64,000 nt of DNA, from contig JAWBWS010000001.1 of the NCBI GenBank assembly GCA_038999725.1, forward strand, positions 160,001-224,000. Reading direction: 5' to 3'. Shown piece after piece: positions 29,916-39,560 of this stretch; positions within the stretch are counted from its first letter, which is position 1, and each line of letters begins with the position of its first letter. A model generated the notes under the pieces. The model saw only the letters and a program-made list of their open reading frames with translations. It did not search any database and was not told the DNA's origin. The translations under genes were made by a program, and so were the position numbers. This DNA comes from Candidatus Aenigmatarchaeota archaeon (lineage in GTDB: Archaea > Aenigmatarchaeota > Aenigmatarchaeia > CG10238-14 > SCSR01).

Positions 29916-30587
29916 ATGCAAGTTAAACCACATAAGTTTGATGGCATTTATAGAATTAATAACAAAATAGCTACAATAAACCTCACGCCTGGTAGAAGTG
30001 TTTATGGTGAGAGGTTAATTAAGATTAATAATGTAGAATATAGAGAATGGGTCCCATTCCGTTCAAAACTTTGTGCAGCTGTAATGAAAAAAATCAAGTT
30101 TTTTCCATTTAAAAAGGGTTCAAAAGTTCTTTATTTGGGAGCTGGCTCAGGAACCACAATTAGCCACATAAGCGATATTATTGGGAGAGATGGCATCATT
30201 TATGCTGTTGAGATCTCAGAGCATCCATTACGTGATTTAGTTGGTTTGGCAGAGCTTAGACAAAATATAGTTCCAATACTTGCGGATGCAAGATTGGTAG
30301 AAACATATGAAAACATGATAATGGAAAAAGTTGACGTAATTTATGAAGATGTTGCTGATCCTGACCAAATAAAAATTCTAATAAGAAATGCTGAGAAGTT
30401 CTTAAAAACAGATGGATTTTTAGAAATAGCCATCAAATCTCAAAGCATCAGTTCAACAAAACCTCCAAAAGAAGTTTATGAGGAATGTTTGAAAGAGTTG
30501 GGGGAACACTTTGAAATTTTGGATAAAGTAGAGTTGGAGCCTTATGAAAAGTTCCATTTGTTCGTTGTATTGAAATCCAAGAAATAA
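29916..30587 (+). CDS. flpA: Fibrillarin rRNA/tRNA 2'-O-methyltransferase
   Basis: VYGE, YREWVPFRSKL, VLYLGAGSGTTISH and NIVPILADA motifs. Confidence 0.96.
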   Translation: MQVKPHKFDGIYRINNKIATINLTPGRSVYGERLIKINNVEYREWVPFRSKLCAAVMKKIKFFPFKKGSKVLYLGAGSGTTISHISDIIGRDGIIYAVEISEHPLRDLVGLAELRQNIVPILADARLVETYENMIMEKVDVIYEDVADPDQIKILIRNAEKFLKTDGFLEIAIKSQSISSTKPPKEVYEECLKELGEHFEILDKVELEPYEKFHLFVVLKSKK

Positions 30588-30615
30588 ATTCTTGAACTTA
30601 AAATTTTGTTAAAAA

Positions 30616-31158
30616 CTATTTATGAGAAAATTCTTGGGTTTTCCCCGGCAGTCTTAAATAATGTTTCAGTTTCTTGAAAATCTTCTCCAAAGCTTCAAGA
30701 TCATCTAAACAATGATTGATTATTTCTTTTTTTGCTTTCTCATCACCACGAATTGCTTTTAAATAAAGTTTAAGCATATCCTTTCCACAAACTTCTTCAT
30801 CTTTTGAAATTCCGAGATATTTTGATATTTCTTGCAAACTGTTCTTGCTAAACAATAGCTTATTCTTACAAAATTCCCAAAGATCTAGAGACGGTATTCC
30901 CACTATCTTACTCAAGTCTTGCCCATTGATTATGGCTCTTGTGATTATAAAAGGTATGTCAAACTTGGAGCCATACCACGTTATTATCAAATTACAATCT
31001 TCAAGCTCTTTTGCAAGCCAGTTTAAAACTCTTCTCTCATCTTCTAAATTTTCAATAAACTTAACTTCTTTCTTCCCTTCTTTTATCATACCTATGGCAA
31101 TAATCTGTCCCATATCAGCTTTGGTGCTCGTGGTTTCTATATCTAAAAACACTTCCAC
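30616..31158 (-). CDS. RNase H-like (YprB / DEDD exonuclease-like) protein
   Basis: FLDIETT, TWYGSKFDIPF and HCLDD motifs. Confidence 0.82.
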   Translation of the reverse strand: MEVFLDIETTSTKADMGQIIAIGMIKEGKKEVKFIENLEDERRVLNWLAKELEDCNLIITWYGSKFDIPFIITRAIINGQDLSKIVGIPSLDLWEFCKNKLLFSKNSLQEISKYLGISKDEEVCGKDMLKLYLKAIRGDEKAKKEIINHCLDDLEALEKIFKKLKHYLRLPGKTQEFSHK

Positions 31159-31210
31159 TCAATCACCAAACTAAAATTGTTATTAAAAAATAAAAAAAAG
31201 AGGGGGAGCT

Positions 31211-31324
31211 TCAAATAGTCTTCAAGAACCCCCAAACCCTACCACCAGAAATAACATTTGTCCTAACTTTTTTTATTCCCCTGTCCATTAAAAATGAAAT
31301 TTGGATTCTTGCTACTTCTTCCAT
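31211..31324 (-). CDS. Putative 37-aa small protein
   Basis: MEEVARIQISFLMDRGIKKVRTNVISGGRVWGFLKTI, preceded by AGGTGAGGGG that overlaps the upstream stop. Confidence 0.5.
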   Translation of the reverse strand: MEEVARIQISFLMDRGIKKVRTNVISGGRVWGFLKTI

Positions 31325-31332
31325 CCCCTCAC

Positions 31333-31566
31333 CTAATGATGAAAACCAAGTTTGTGATAGAGCTCCAAATCAAACTCATGTAGGTTTTTTTGCATTTCAA
31401 TTTTTTTCACAGCTTTTTCGAGAAAGCTTCCAAAACAATCCTTGCAAAATATTCTCCTCTCACCAAAACCATCAATAAACTTAAATATTCTCCCCGAATT
31501 ACACCTTAGACATCTCATTCTCTCTTTTGATATTTTTGAAAAGAATGGTATAGGTATCTTTCCCAA
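31333..31566 (-). CDS. Hypothetical Zn-ribbon protein
   Basis: CLRC...CKDC. Confidence 0.6.
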   Translation of the reverse strand: MGKIPIPFFSKISKERMRCLRCNSGRIFKFIDGFGERRIFCKDCFGSFLEKAVKKIEMQKNLHEFDLELYHKLGFHH

Positions 31567-31650
31567 CCAAACTTCCGAAATTTCCGATGGAAGATATGGA
31601 TAATAAAAATCAATCCTTATCCACAGAAAATAAGACTTAATTTACCTTTT

Positions 31651-32673
31651 TTAGCTATAAATGGTTTTTAATTTTTCCAGAATCATTATTTTAATTTCTT
31701 CTTTACTTCCTACCTTTATTTTTCCGGCTCCAGCAGCTTCGTGCCCCCCACCAATTCCCAACTTCTTGAACAACTCACCCACATTAATTTTTTTGTTTCC
31801 ACTTCTTCCATGAATTTTAATATTTTTTCCAATTCTCTCAAAAATGAAGATCACATTTTCTGGATTTTCCATTGCCAATTTTGTGGCAAGTGTAGAACAT
31901 ATTCCCCTGTACTTAGAATCAATTTCAGAGATGAGAATTTTATCATGAACCTCAAGATTTCTTTTAAACTCTCTTTCACACTTCTTAACTTCTATCTCGA
32001 ATTTTTTTGAAGCAGAGACAATTTTCTCATTTTTCCTAAACTCTTCTAAATTTTTTGATTTCATGAGAATTTTCAAAGTCTTTTCTGGACCTAAAATAGA
32101 GATAGAGCTATTTAAAAAAACAGCAGCATTACCAAACTTGTTTTTCCAGATATTTTTTTTGTCTTCAATTTTCACCAAATCTTTACAATCATCAATTCCT
32201 AAATCTCCAATCGTCCCAACAATGGCAACCCATTTTTTTTCTTCAATCAACCCCGAAAACATTTTATAAACAACATAACTTGTTGGCTGATAAATCTTCG
32301 GTTTTTCCAATCTTGGGTTTATCAAGATAACTTTTTCAGAGTTTAAATCTTTCCCCGGATGATGATCAATTATCAACATATCTTTTCCCATGCTTACCAA
32401 ATGTTTTTCTATTAAATCTATCGGCACATCAACGGTGATTATTTTTTCAAATTTTTCAAGTTTGGTTTTCAACTTTTCTATGTGAGCAAAGCCTGTTGGT
32501 GTGTTATCAACTTTCTTCTCCAGTTTTTCAAGGACAGAGAGAAGAAGTGCTGCCGAACATAAACCATCGACATCGGCATCATAAATCAAAATAACCTTTT
32601 CCCCTTCCTGAATATTTTTGATGAAGTTCATACCTCTTTTAAAAAGTTCCTCAAGCTTTTTCAGTATCTTCAC
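31651..32673 (-). CDS. DHH/DHHA1 phosphoesterase (RecJ-like)
   Basis: DADVDG, TVD, IDHH and GGGHEAAGA motifs. Confidence 0.88.
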   Translation of the reverse strand: MKILKKLEELFKRGMNFIKNIQEGEKVILIYDADVDGLCSAALLLSVLEKLEKKVDNTPTGFAHIEKLKTKLEKFEKIITVDVPIDLIEKHLVSMGKDMLIIDHHPGKDLNSEKVILINPRLEKPKIYQPTSYVVYKMFSGLIEEKKWVAIVGTIGDLGIDDCKDLVKIEDKKNIWKNKFGNAAVFLNSSISILGPEKTLKILMKSKNLEEFRKNEKIVSASKKFEIEVKKCEREFKRNLEVHDKILISEIDSKYRGICSTLATKLAMENPENVIFIFERIGKNIKIHGRSGNKKINVGELFKKLGIGGGHEAAGAGKIKVGSKEEIKIMILEKLKTIYS

Positions 32674-33277
32674 CTCTGAGTTTTTTTATGGTTTCTTCAT
32701 CAAGAAGAAGCAATTGAATAGGCTGTTCTTTTGGAGTAGAAAGATGAAATTCCACCATTGAAATAAGGGTATCAACATGATGTAAAATTAAAGCTTCAAA
32801 ATTTCTTGGAGGCGTTGGTCCAGCTTCACCAAAATGTGAGGCTACTATATGTATAACACCCTCTGGGAAGCCTCTATGGTAAAGCTCTGCCACAGCAAGT
32901 GTAGAGTGGTCAAGCAAAATTCCCGTATGCTTTATTTCTCCATTTTCAAGCTTCCACTCAAAAACTTTCATTATATCATGCAATAAAGCCCCAGCTATTA
33001 GGTAATCGATATTTATAGGTATACCATAATTTTTTTCCAAATCTTCTGCAATTTTGATACAAAGTTCGGTTACAGAAGCAATGTGCCTCAACAAATCTGC
33101 TCTTTCTACAGTTCCTTGGCCTGGAACTGTAAAAGGAGTTCTTACATTTTCAATTTTTTCTTTCGGGTATTTTTTAAATTCCTTGTGGGAGAGTGTTAGA
33201 TCTTTCAAAAATTCTATTACCTTTTTTTTCAATTCTTCATCCTTTATTTTTTCTGCAAGTTCAATTAAACTTCTCAT
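32651..33277 (-). CDS. HD-domain phosphohydrolase
   Basis: LLRH, LLHDIMK, SH.G and HHVD motifs. Confidence 0.85.
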   Translation of the reverse strand: MRSLIELAEKIKDEELKKKVIEFLKDLTLSHKEFKKYPKEKIENVRTPFTVPGQGTVERADLLRHIASVTELCIKIAEDLEKNYGIPINIDYLIAGALLHDIMKVFEWKLENGEIKHTGILLDHSTLAVAELYHRGFPEGVIHIVASHFGEAGPTPPRNFEALILHHVDTLISMVEFHLSTPKEQPIQLLLLDEETIKKLRGEDTEKA

Positions 33278-33293
33278 TTGACTCCTTCTTCAT

Positions 33294-33575
33294 TTATCCA
33301 AACAGTGCACTTAAGCCAGCTGCTGCTTCTTCCTCTTTCCTTTCCTTTTCTTCTTCCTCTTTCCTTTCCTTTTCTATGATGGTGGGAGTAGCTACAGGCA
33401 TCGCAGCTTGTTGGATTGCTTCATCTATATTCACTCCTTCCAAACTAGCAATCAAAGCTTTAACTTTTGCTTCATCTACACTTACACCAGCAGCTTCCAA
33501 CACCTTCTTTACATTTTCTTCTGTTATTGGTTGCTTTGCTTTGTGAAGCAGCAAGACCGAATACACATATTCCAT
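33294..33575 (-). CDS. rpl12: Ribosomal stalk protein P1 (aL12)
   Basis: [11 protein letters not shown]...[13 protein letters not shown]; own SD GGGAGGTG at 33583-33590. Confidence 0.93.
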   Translation of the reverse strand: MEYVYSVLLLHKAKQPITEENVKKVLEAAGVSVDEAKVKALIASLEGVNIDEAIQQAAMPVATPTIIEKERKEEEEKERKEEEAAAGLSALFG

Positions 33576-34340
33576 CAATTCACACCTCCCCATTCTTTCT
33601 ATGGCCTTTGCAGTATAAAAGGCTTTGGCCAACAGAATTTTAATTATCTCTTTGGTTGGATAGGAAATGTTGAGAGAGAGATTTATGGCACATTGATGTG
33701 CAGTAATGAGCTTCTCAGGAAATGTCTTTACAAGTTCTAAAGTTTCTCTTGGATAAATCTTCCCCCCTTCATAAAAGCAAACTACATTTAGGGATATAGA
33801 GATTGGCTTGATGTCAAGCTTCCTCAAGGCATTCGCAACCTCTTTCGATATTACTTCTCCCTTTTTCACAAGAGTAACGGTTTTTTTAATGGTAATTCTG
33901 CCTTCTTCCACTCCAGCAGGAATTCCCGCTTTTGTTAGTTCACCTATAACTGGACCTGCTAAAAGGCTTGTTGGTCCAGATGGAATGATTATATCATTTG
34001 GGGCAATTTCGGATTCTTTCGCGAAAGTCTCGAATTTGAGAGAAGTAAGCTTAGAATATGATTTGAAGGCGTCCCCCCTGATTAGAACTACCGCTACTTG
34101 ATTGGGAATAAATTTTTCCAATTCACCAATATTTTCCTTTTTGGCTTCTCTTATTGCAAAAAGGAGGGTACTCTTTTTAGTAGCTTTAATTATTCCAATA
34201 TCTCTTATAATTTTTCTTATTTCTTGTAATTCTTTGCTGGGAAACTTATGAAGATCAACTATTCCAATAACTGGAAACTCTTCTATCATCATCTTCAATT
34301 CTTTCACTTTTTTTATTTTTTCTTCTTTCACCATTTTCAT
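33294..34340 (-). CDS. rplP0: Ribosomal protein P0 (uL10) reading in frame into P1
   Basis: uL10 N-terminus and archaeal insertion (PSGPTSL...GIPA); no stop codon before the P1 ATG. Confidence 0.85.
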   Translation of the reverse strand: MKMVKEEKIKKVKELKMMIEEFPVIGIVDLHKFPSKELQEIRKIIRDIGIIKATKKSTLLFAIREAKKENIGELEKFIPNQVAVVLIRGDAFKSYSKLTSLKFETFAKESEIAPNDIIIPSGPTSLLAGPVIGELTKAGIPAGVEEGRITIKKTVTLVKKGEVISKEVANALRKLDIKPISISLNVVCFYEGGKIYPRETLELVKTFPEKLITAHQCAINLSLNISYPTKEIIKILLAKAFYTAKAIERMGRCELMEYVYSVLLLHKAKQPITEENVKKVLEAAGVSVDEAKVKALIASLEGVNIDEAIQQAAMPVATPTIIEKERKEEEEKERKEEEAAAGLSALFG

Positions 34341-34954
34341 ACCTTAATTTCAACAGGTTTGCTCATCGTTAACTTTAGCAAAATTTTTTTGATATTTTGC
34401 ATACCTCTAGGCAATTTTGATCGAATAACATTCAATACACTTTCTATATTTTCAGCAACTTCTTCATCTTTCATGTTCTCCTTACCAACAGCACATTGAA
34501 TCACAGGAGCATCCTTTACCCTTACCCTCACAACCTTCTTATAATCTTCAATCAACCTTTTTATATCACCTGTGATTATTTTAGGTAGTTTTCCTTTCGG
34601 CCCCATATATTGACCAAAAACTTTCCCAACCAAAACCATCGCCTTTGGTTCAGCAAAGAAAAAATCCACATCCTTCACCAATTTTTTTGCCAATCTATTA
34701 TTTTTCGAATATTTTTCTATATCAGCAGTTGTAAGGATTTCACAATCAAGGTCTTTCAAAGAGTCTGAAAAAACGACAATTCTTGCATCTTCTCCTTTTC
34801 CATGTGGTAAAACAATGTCTTCTACAAATCTATTCTCTGGTTTTTTTGTGTCAAATTCTTTCAAGCAAATTACTAAATCAAATGTTTGAAGAAAATTTCT
34901 TTTTTTAGAACTCCTTCTCAATTCCTCAATTGCTTTTAAAATTTTTTCTCTCAT
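34337..34954 (-). CDS. rpl1: 50S ribosomal protein L1
   Basis: [18 protein letters not shown] and KLTMSKP motifs. Confidence 0.95.
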   Translation of the reverse strand: MREKILKAIEELRRSSKKRNFLQTFDLVICLKEFDTKKPENRFVEDIVLPHGKGEDARIVVFSDSLKDLDCEILTTADIEKYSKNNRLAKKLVKDVDFFFAEPKAMVLVGKVFGQYMGPKGKLPKIITGDIKRLIEDYKKVVRVRVKDAPVIQCAVGKENMKDEEVAENIESVLNVIRSKLPRGMQNIKKILLKLTMSKPVEIKV

Positions 34955-35003
34955 TTAATACCCTCCTGCCTAGGCAGTTGAGCGGGTTATTCATCATTTA
35001 TCT

Positions 35004-35516
35004 TTAAGATTTAAAAAGATTATCATACTTGCCTTCTTCTATTTCTTTTAAAATCTCCTTTGGTTTCTTACCTTCAACCGTTACAGGCATGCTCACAGCA
35101 GTGCCAAGGACAGTCTTCACAGCAGTTTTCAAGTCTTTTGCTTGCATGTCTCTCATCTTTATTTTTGCAATCTTCACACACTGTTCCAGAGTTAAATCCC
35201 CAATAAGAACATTTCCTTTCTTTTCACCTTCTGTTTGACTTGTACTCTTTTCTTCTTTTCCCACCACTCCTAATTCTTTTTTTATTAAACTCGAGACTGG
35301 AGGAATGCCTATCTCAATATTGTATTCTCTTGTTTTTTTATCAATAATCAATTTCACAGGAACTTGTAGTCCACTGTATTCTTTAGTTTTTTCGTTAATT
35401 TGTTTGAAAACTTCTCCAATGTTAAGTTTATAAGAGCTTAGTTTTGGAGCTGTTGTGGGCCCAGGCGAAGCCTTACCGCCTTCTACCAATATTTTTATGA
35501 CTTCTTTTTCTGACAT
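35004..35516 (-). CDS. rpl11: 50S ribosomal protein L11
   Basis: LVEGGKASPGP, VPVK, IPPVSSLIKKELG and GTAVSM motifs. Confidence 0.93.
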   Translation of the reverse strand: MSEKEVIKILVEGGKASPGPTTAPKLSSYKLNIGEVFKQINEKTKEYSGLQVPVKLIIDKKTREYNIEIGIPPVSSLIKKELGVVGKEEKSTSQTEGEKKGNVLIGDLTLEQCVKIAKIKMRDMQAKDLKTAVKTVLGTAVSMPVTVEGKKPKEILKEIEEGKYDNLFKS

Positions 35517-35517
35517 T

Positions 35518-35958
35518 TTATTTCCCAACTTTTTCTAACAGTTTTACAAATTCTACACTAACTGTTATCGGAATAGGTACAACAGCCTCTACAAGTTCAA
35601 TTGTAACTTCCCTTTTCACTTTATCATATCTTGTTACTTTCCCCCTTTCACCTTTAAAGGGTCCACCTATAATTTCAACAACATCTCCAATGTTTAATTC
35701 AACTTCTGCAGTTTTTGGTTGTAGGAATCTTTGAACTTCTTTCAATTCAATGGGTCTTTTAATTAAACCTCTAACATGGGGAATCATCTGAACGGCTATT
35801 TCAATATCTTTGAGGTCACCTTCGATGAAAATGTACCCTTTTATCTCTTCTGGGTGGAAGAGACTTTGAATATTTAATTTTTCTAGTTTGGCTTTGGCTG
35901 CTATAGCTTCCATTACAACATTCTCCCTTCCAACAACAGTCTTGACACTGTAAATCAT
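35518..35958 (-). CDS. spt5: Transcription elongation factor Spt5
   Basis: NGN domain (KGYIFIE) plus KOW (GDVVEIIGGPFKGE). Confidence 0.96.
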   Translation of the reverse strand: MIYSVKTVVGRENVVMEAIAAKAKLEKLNIQSLFHPEEIKGYIFIEGDLKDIEIAVQMIPHVRGLIKRPIELKEVQRFLQPKTAEVELNIGDVVEIIGGPFKGERGKVTRYDKVKREVTIELVEAVVPIPITVSVEFVKLLEKVGK

Positions 35959-35966
35959 TTTTTCGC

Positions 35967-36149
35967 CTATAGACCAAAAATTACTGAAAAAATATAAATA
36001 ATAAACCCTATTATTCCAAGGATAGCAATACCAGTCACACAGATTTTAAAGGTTTCCAAAAATTCACTCTTGCTTGGGGCTTTATTCAATTTTATCACTC
36101 GAATACAATCTTTTAATTTTTCTTTTATTTTTAACTTCATCTCTAGCAC
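35967..36149 (-). CDS. secE: Protein translocase SecE / Sec61-gamma
   Basis: RVIKL...PSKSEF...GIAILGIIGFII; ftsZ-secE-spt5 synteny. Confidence 0.9.
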   Translation of the reverse strand: MLEMKLKIKEKLKDCIRVIKLNKAPSKSEFLETFKICVTGIAILGIIGFIIYIFSVIFGL

Positions 36150-36155
36150 CAGAAA

Positions 36156-37244
36156 TCAATCCACAAAATCTATTCCCAATATTTTTTCTATATCCTTTCT
36201 CTCTTCCTTGCTCCATTTTTTTGTTGGTCCAAAAATTTGTGGCGACTTAACACCAGTTATTACAAGCATTGTCCTTAAAGTTTCTCCCAATTCTTTGGCT
36301 ATTTGTGCTCCCCAAATTATCTTTGCATCTGGTGAAAGTCTTGAAGAAACTGCCTCAACTATTTGTTGGGCTTCCCTTATAGTCACATCTGGTCCCCCAA
36401 CAACATTTATTAATGCACCATTCGCCCCATTTACATCAACTGTTATCAAAGGATTGCTCAAAGCTCTTTCAACAGCTTCAATCGCTCTATTCTCTGTGTC
36501 ACTTTCACCAACCCCAATCATTGCTAGACCACCATTCTTCATTATACTTCTCACATCAGCAAAGTCAAGGTTAACAAGACCGGGTTTGGTAACAAGTTCT
36601 GCAATTCCTTTAACAGCGTTGACCAATATTTCGTCACAGATTTTGAAAGCCGTGGCTAAAGAAACATCTGGAACAACTTCCAGAAGCCTATCATTCGGTA
36701 TAACAATCATAGTATCAACATGATCTTCCAAATTTTCTAAACCTTCTCTAGCATTTGCCATTCTTTGCTTACCTTCCATGCTAAAAGGCAAAGTGACGAC
36801 AGCAATCGATAGTATTCCTAATTTGTTTGCAATCTCAGCAATTACAGGCAAACTTCCTGTTCCAGTTCCACCACCAAGCCCACAAGTCAAGAAAACCATA
36901 TCGGCTCCTTGCAAAGCTTTTTTTATTTCTTCTTTACTCTCTCTTGCGGCCTCCATTCCAACCTTAGGATCTCCACCTGCCCCCAAACCTGAAGTGAGTT
37001 CTTTTCCAATTAAAATTTTTTTATCAGAATCAGTGTAGAGCAAATCTTGTGCATCTGTGTTTATCGCTATAGTCTCGGCACCAACTATACCGACTTGCAT
37101 CAGTCTTGTTATTGTGTTATTTCCTGCACCACCAGCACCAACAACTTTTATCTTGGTTTTTCTGCTTTCTAAGATTGTTCTCAGTTCTTCATCAATTTCT
37201 TTTGTTCTTTCAGAAGGTTTTTCAACAAACTGTCTTACCGCCAT
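36156..37244 (-). CDS. ftsZ: Cell division protein FtsZ
   Basis: GAGGAGNN, GLGGGTGTG and NLDFADV motifs. Confidence 0.98.
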   Translation of the reverse strand: MAVRQFVEKPSERTKEIDEELRTILESRKTKIKVVGAGGAGNNTITRLMQVGIVGAETIAINTDAQDLLYTDSDKKILIGKELTSGLGAGGDPKVGMEAARESKEEIKKALQGADMVFLTCGLGGGTGTGSLPVIAEIANKLGILSIAVVTLPFSMEGKQRMANAREGLENLEDHVDTMIVIPNDRLLEVVPDVSLATAFKICDEILVNAVKGIAELVTKPGLVNLDFADVRSIMKNGGLAMIGVGESDTENRAIEAVERALSNPLITVDVNGANGALINVVGGPDVTIREAQQIVEAVSSRLSPDAKIIWGAQIAKELGETLRTMLVITGVKSPQIFGPTKKWSKEERKDIEKILGIDFVD

Positions 37245-37284
37245 ATTGCTCTCTTTTAATTATTCAAATATTAAAAATAAATCC

Positions 37285-37947
37285 TTATTCACTTTTTTTC
37301 TTAAAAACAACAACAAACTTAACCACTTCTATTCCCTCAACCCATTTGATTATTTGTGAAGCTATGGCAGCTTTAACTCTACCCTCAATTTCACTTTTTG
37401 CTTCAATTTCAACTTCTTTTTCTCTTATTTTTATATCACAATCTTCAAGACCGGTGAAATAATCAACAATAGCTTTCACTTTTTCTATCTTATCTTCAAT
37501 TTTTTTCACAATTTCAACTTCATATTCCAGAGTTTTACCAGCTAAAGGGTGGTTGAAATCAACTTTAACTCTTCCCCCATCAACGCTTATTATCTTTCCT
37601 CTTAAATTGTTTACCATGACATAGGAACCTGGTAAAACATCCACATTTTGTTGTTTAAATATAATTTCAGGTATTAATTTTACAAGATTTTCACTTCTTT
37701 CACCAAAGGCCTTTTCGGGTGGAATTAAGAACTTTTTCTTTTCCCCCACATTCATCTCTTTTATCTTTTCATTCAGACCAATTATAACAAAACCAGCATC
37801 TACTATTATTGGTAAAGGCCCATATTTAATTTTCTCATTAAAAATCCCAGCCTCTCTTGCTACATTTTCTTTTGTTGTATCAAAAATTTCATTTGTCTCA
37901 CTTACTTTAGCAATGTACTCGATGCAAACAAAATCTCCAGATTTCAT
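37285..37947 (-). CDS. FKBP-type peptidyl-prolyl isomerase (SlyD-like, long archaeal type)
   Basis: FDTT, IPPEKAFG and DFNHPLAGKTL motifs. Confidence 0.92.
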   Translation of the reverse strand: MKSGDFVCIEYIAKVSETNEIFDTTKENVAREAGIFNEKIKYGPLPIIVDAGFVIIGLNEKIKEMNVGEKKKFLIPPEKAFGERSENLVKLIPEIIFKQQNVDVLPGSYVMVNNLRGKIISVDGGRVKVDFNHPLAGKTLEYEVEIVKKIEDKIEKVKAIVDYFTGLEDCDIKIREKEVEIEAKSEIEGRVKAAIASQIIKWVEGIEVVKFVVVFKKKSE

Positions 37948-38093
37948 TTTATCATCCTCTTTCCCTGACACAACTTACAGAAAGGTGTGCCTTCTATCAC
38001 ACAATTTGGGCAAACTAGAGATCCACAACCATGACATTTGAATAAAGCTATTGAGTACTTCTTACAAGCTTGGCATACACCACCAACTACCAA
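37944..38093 (-). CDS. Small Cys-rich Zn-finger protein
   Basis: Four CxxC pairs; TTG start at 38093 after AGGTGA. Confidence 0.7.
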   Translation of the reverse strand: MVVGGVCQACKKYSIALFKCHGCGSLVCPNCVIEGTPFCKLCQGKRMIK

Positions 38094-38337
38094 ACAATCA
38101 CCTTTGTAGAGATTTAGATTACAAATATAAATAAGTTGGTGTAGCAATATAGATAACAATCTTGTGAGAAGTAATGGTTAAACTTCCTCTAGCTAGGAGC
38201 ATTGATTTCACGTAATTTTGGATTTTCCATCAAATAAGAAGCTATATCAATTTCCATTTCAACACACAACTTCATTCTAATCTTAATTTGGCCTTTTAGA
38301 TAGGCCCCATTTTGCGGTGCACTACAATAAAACTAGG

Positions 38338-38502
38338 TGCAGGGGGTGGGATTCGAACCCACGAACGGACTAACCGATCAGGTAACTAATACTCTCATCA
38401 TCCATAACTCAGGGCTTAAGTCTGGAGAGCATCTTAAGCTCACGCGAATATTGTTTTAAACAATATTCTCTGACGCCTTTGACCAGACTTGGCTACCCCT
38501 GC
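38338..38502 (-). tRNA. tRNA-Leu(TAA) with two introns (30/31: 38440-38469; 37/38: 38384-38432)
   Basis: Acceptor GCAGGGG/CCCCTGC, D arm GCC..GGC, long variable arm CGG/CCG, T-loop TTCGAAT; removing both inserts gives TCAGG-CT-TAA-GA-CCTGA. Confidence 0.88.
38384..38432 (-). ncRNA. Putative intron-encoded box C/D guide RNA
   Basis: CTTAAGCC guide, CTGA (box D), 7-nt spacer, ATGATGA (box C), enclosed by a TGCTCTC/GAGAGTA stem. Confidence 0.6.
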
Positions 38503-38923
38503 AATTTGATTTAATTAAAGTTTTAGGGAATTTATTTTAAATTTCTTTACACTCTCCCCTTAATTATTAATTCAAAGAAATATTTGTTATATTTTTTTTG
38601 TTGAAGCCCCTTTTTTAAGCTTAGAATATCTAAAGAAGCAAATCACCTCCAAATACTTTTTGATTTTTCCCCAAATCTCTAAAGAGGACATCTCAATTTA
38701 TTCTAAAATAGAACCATCCAAGAAAGAAATACCAGGAGTAATAAAAATAGGTATTTTTGCAGCTTGCCTTCTCCCATATCTTGTAAATACATTTGATGAA
38801 TTTTTCAAATTTTCATTAAAGTTATAACATTCTTATCATTTTTTAATTAAATTTTAAAAATTTTTCAAAATAATTAACATTGGTATCTGTTTTCCCCAAC
38901 TTTCCAATATTTTCTAATTCCAA

Positions 38924-39541
38924 TTAATCTTTCTTCAGTTTGCTTAAGCTTTTCTGAAATTCCTTCATCTTCTTCTCCAAAATTTCAGCAGCAGACAAAA
39001 CTATTTCTTCAGGATTTAGACCAGAAACAGATTCAACATTAAATACAAACTTTTCGCCTTCATAATTATAACCAACAACTGCAGCCTGCCATTTTGCATG
39101 TTCCTTCCCCAAGCCAAGTTGAGCTATAGCCTCGAACTCGAGTCCTTCATCTTCAAAAAGTTCAACTACTGGAATTTTTTCAAAAACAGGTCTAACATCT
39201 TTGGCTTTACTCTTTAAATCTCCTGCATATACAATTTTTGGTCCTTTCTCTTTCAGAACAAGTTCAACCTGACATTCACTACACCCCTTACCACCACATT
39301 TACACTCACTAGGCAAATTATAGGCTCTTTTATCAAATGTCAGGGGAATTTGACCAAGCCTATTTGCCAAGATTTCATCAGGGAGAACCGAGTCATTTTT
39401 CTTAAAATCAACCCACTCTATCGCCATTGTTGGAACTTCACCAATCATTATTCTTCTCAAAGCATTCGCAAATCCTGGAGAAATTCCTTCAACAGAAAAG
39501 CTTATTTCCATACCCTCTTTTTTCAAAATTTTTACTTTCAT
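38924..39541 (-). CDS. rpoD: DNA-directed RNA polymerase subunit D (Rpo3)
   Basis: ANALRRIMIGEVPTMAI, DEILANRLGQIPL and GKEHAKW motifs. Confidence 0.96.
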   Translation of the reverse strand: MKVKILKKEGMEISFSVEGISPGFANALRRIMIGEVPTMAIEWVDFKKNDSVLPDEILANRLGQIPLTFDKRAYNLPSECKCGGKGCSECQVELVLKEKGPKIVYAGDLKSKAKDVRPVFEKIPVVELFEDEGLEFEAIAQLGLGKEHAKWQAAVVGYNYEGEKFVFNVESVSGLNPEEIVLSAAEILEKKMKEFQKSLSKLKKD

Positions 39542-39560
39542 TTTCCCACTTTTATAATTA

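Noticed and set aside
38503..38923. Gene remnant between rpoD and tRNA-Leu
   Set aside because: Only short interrupted frames; no homology can be supported by eye
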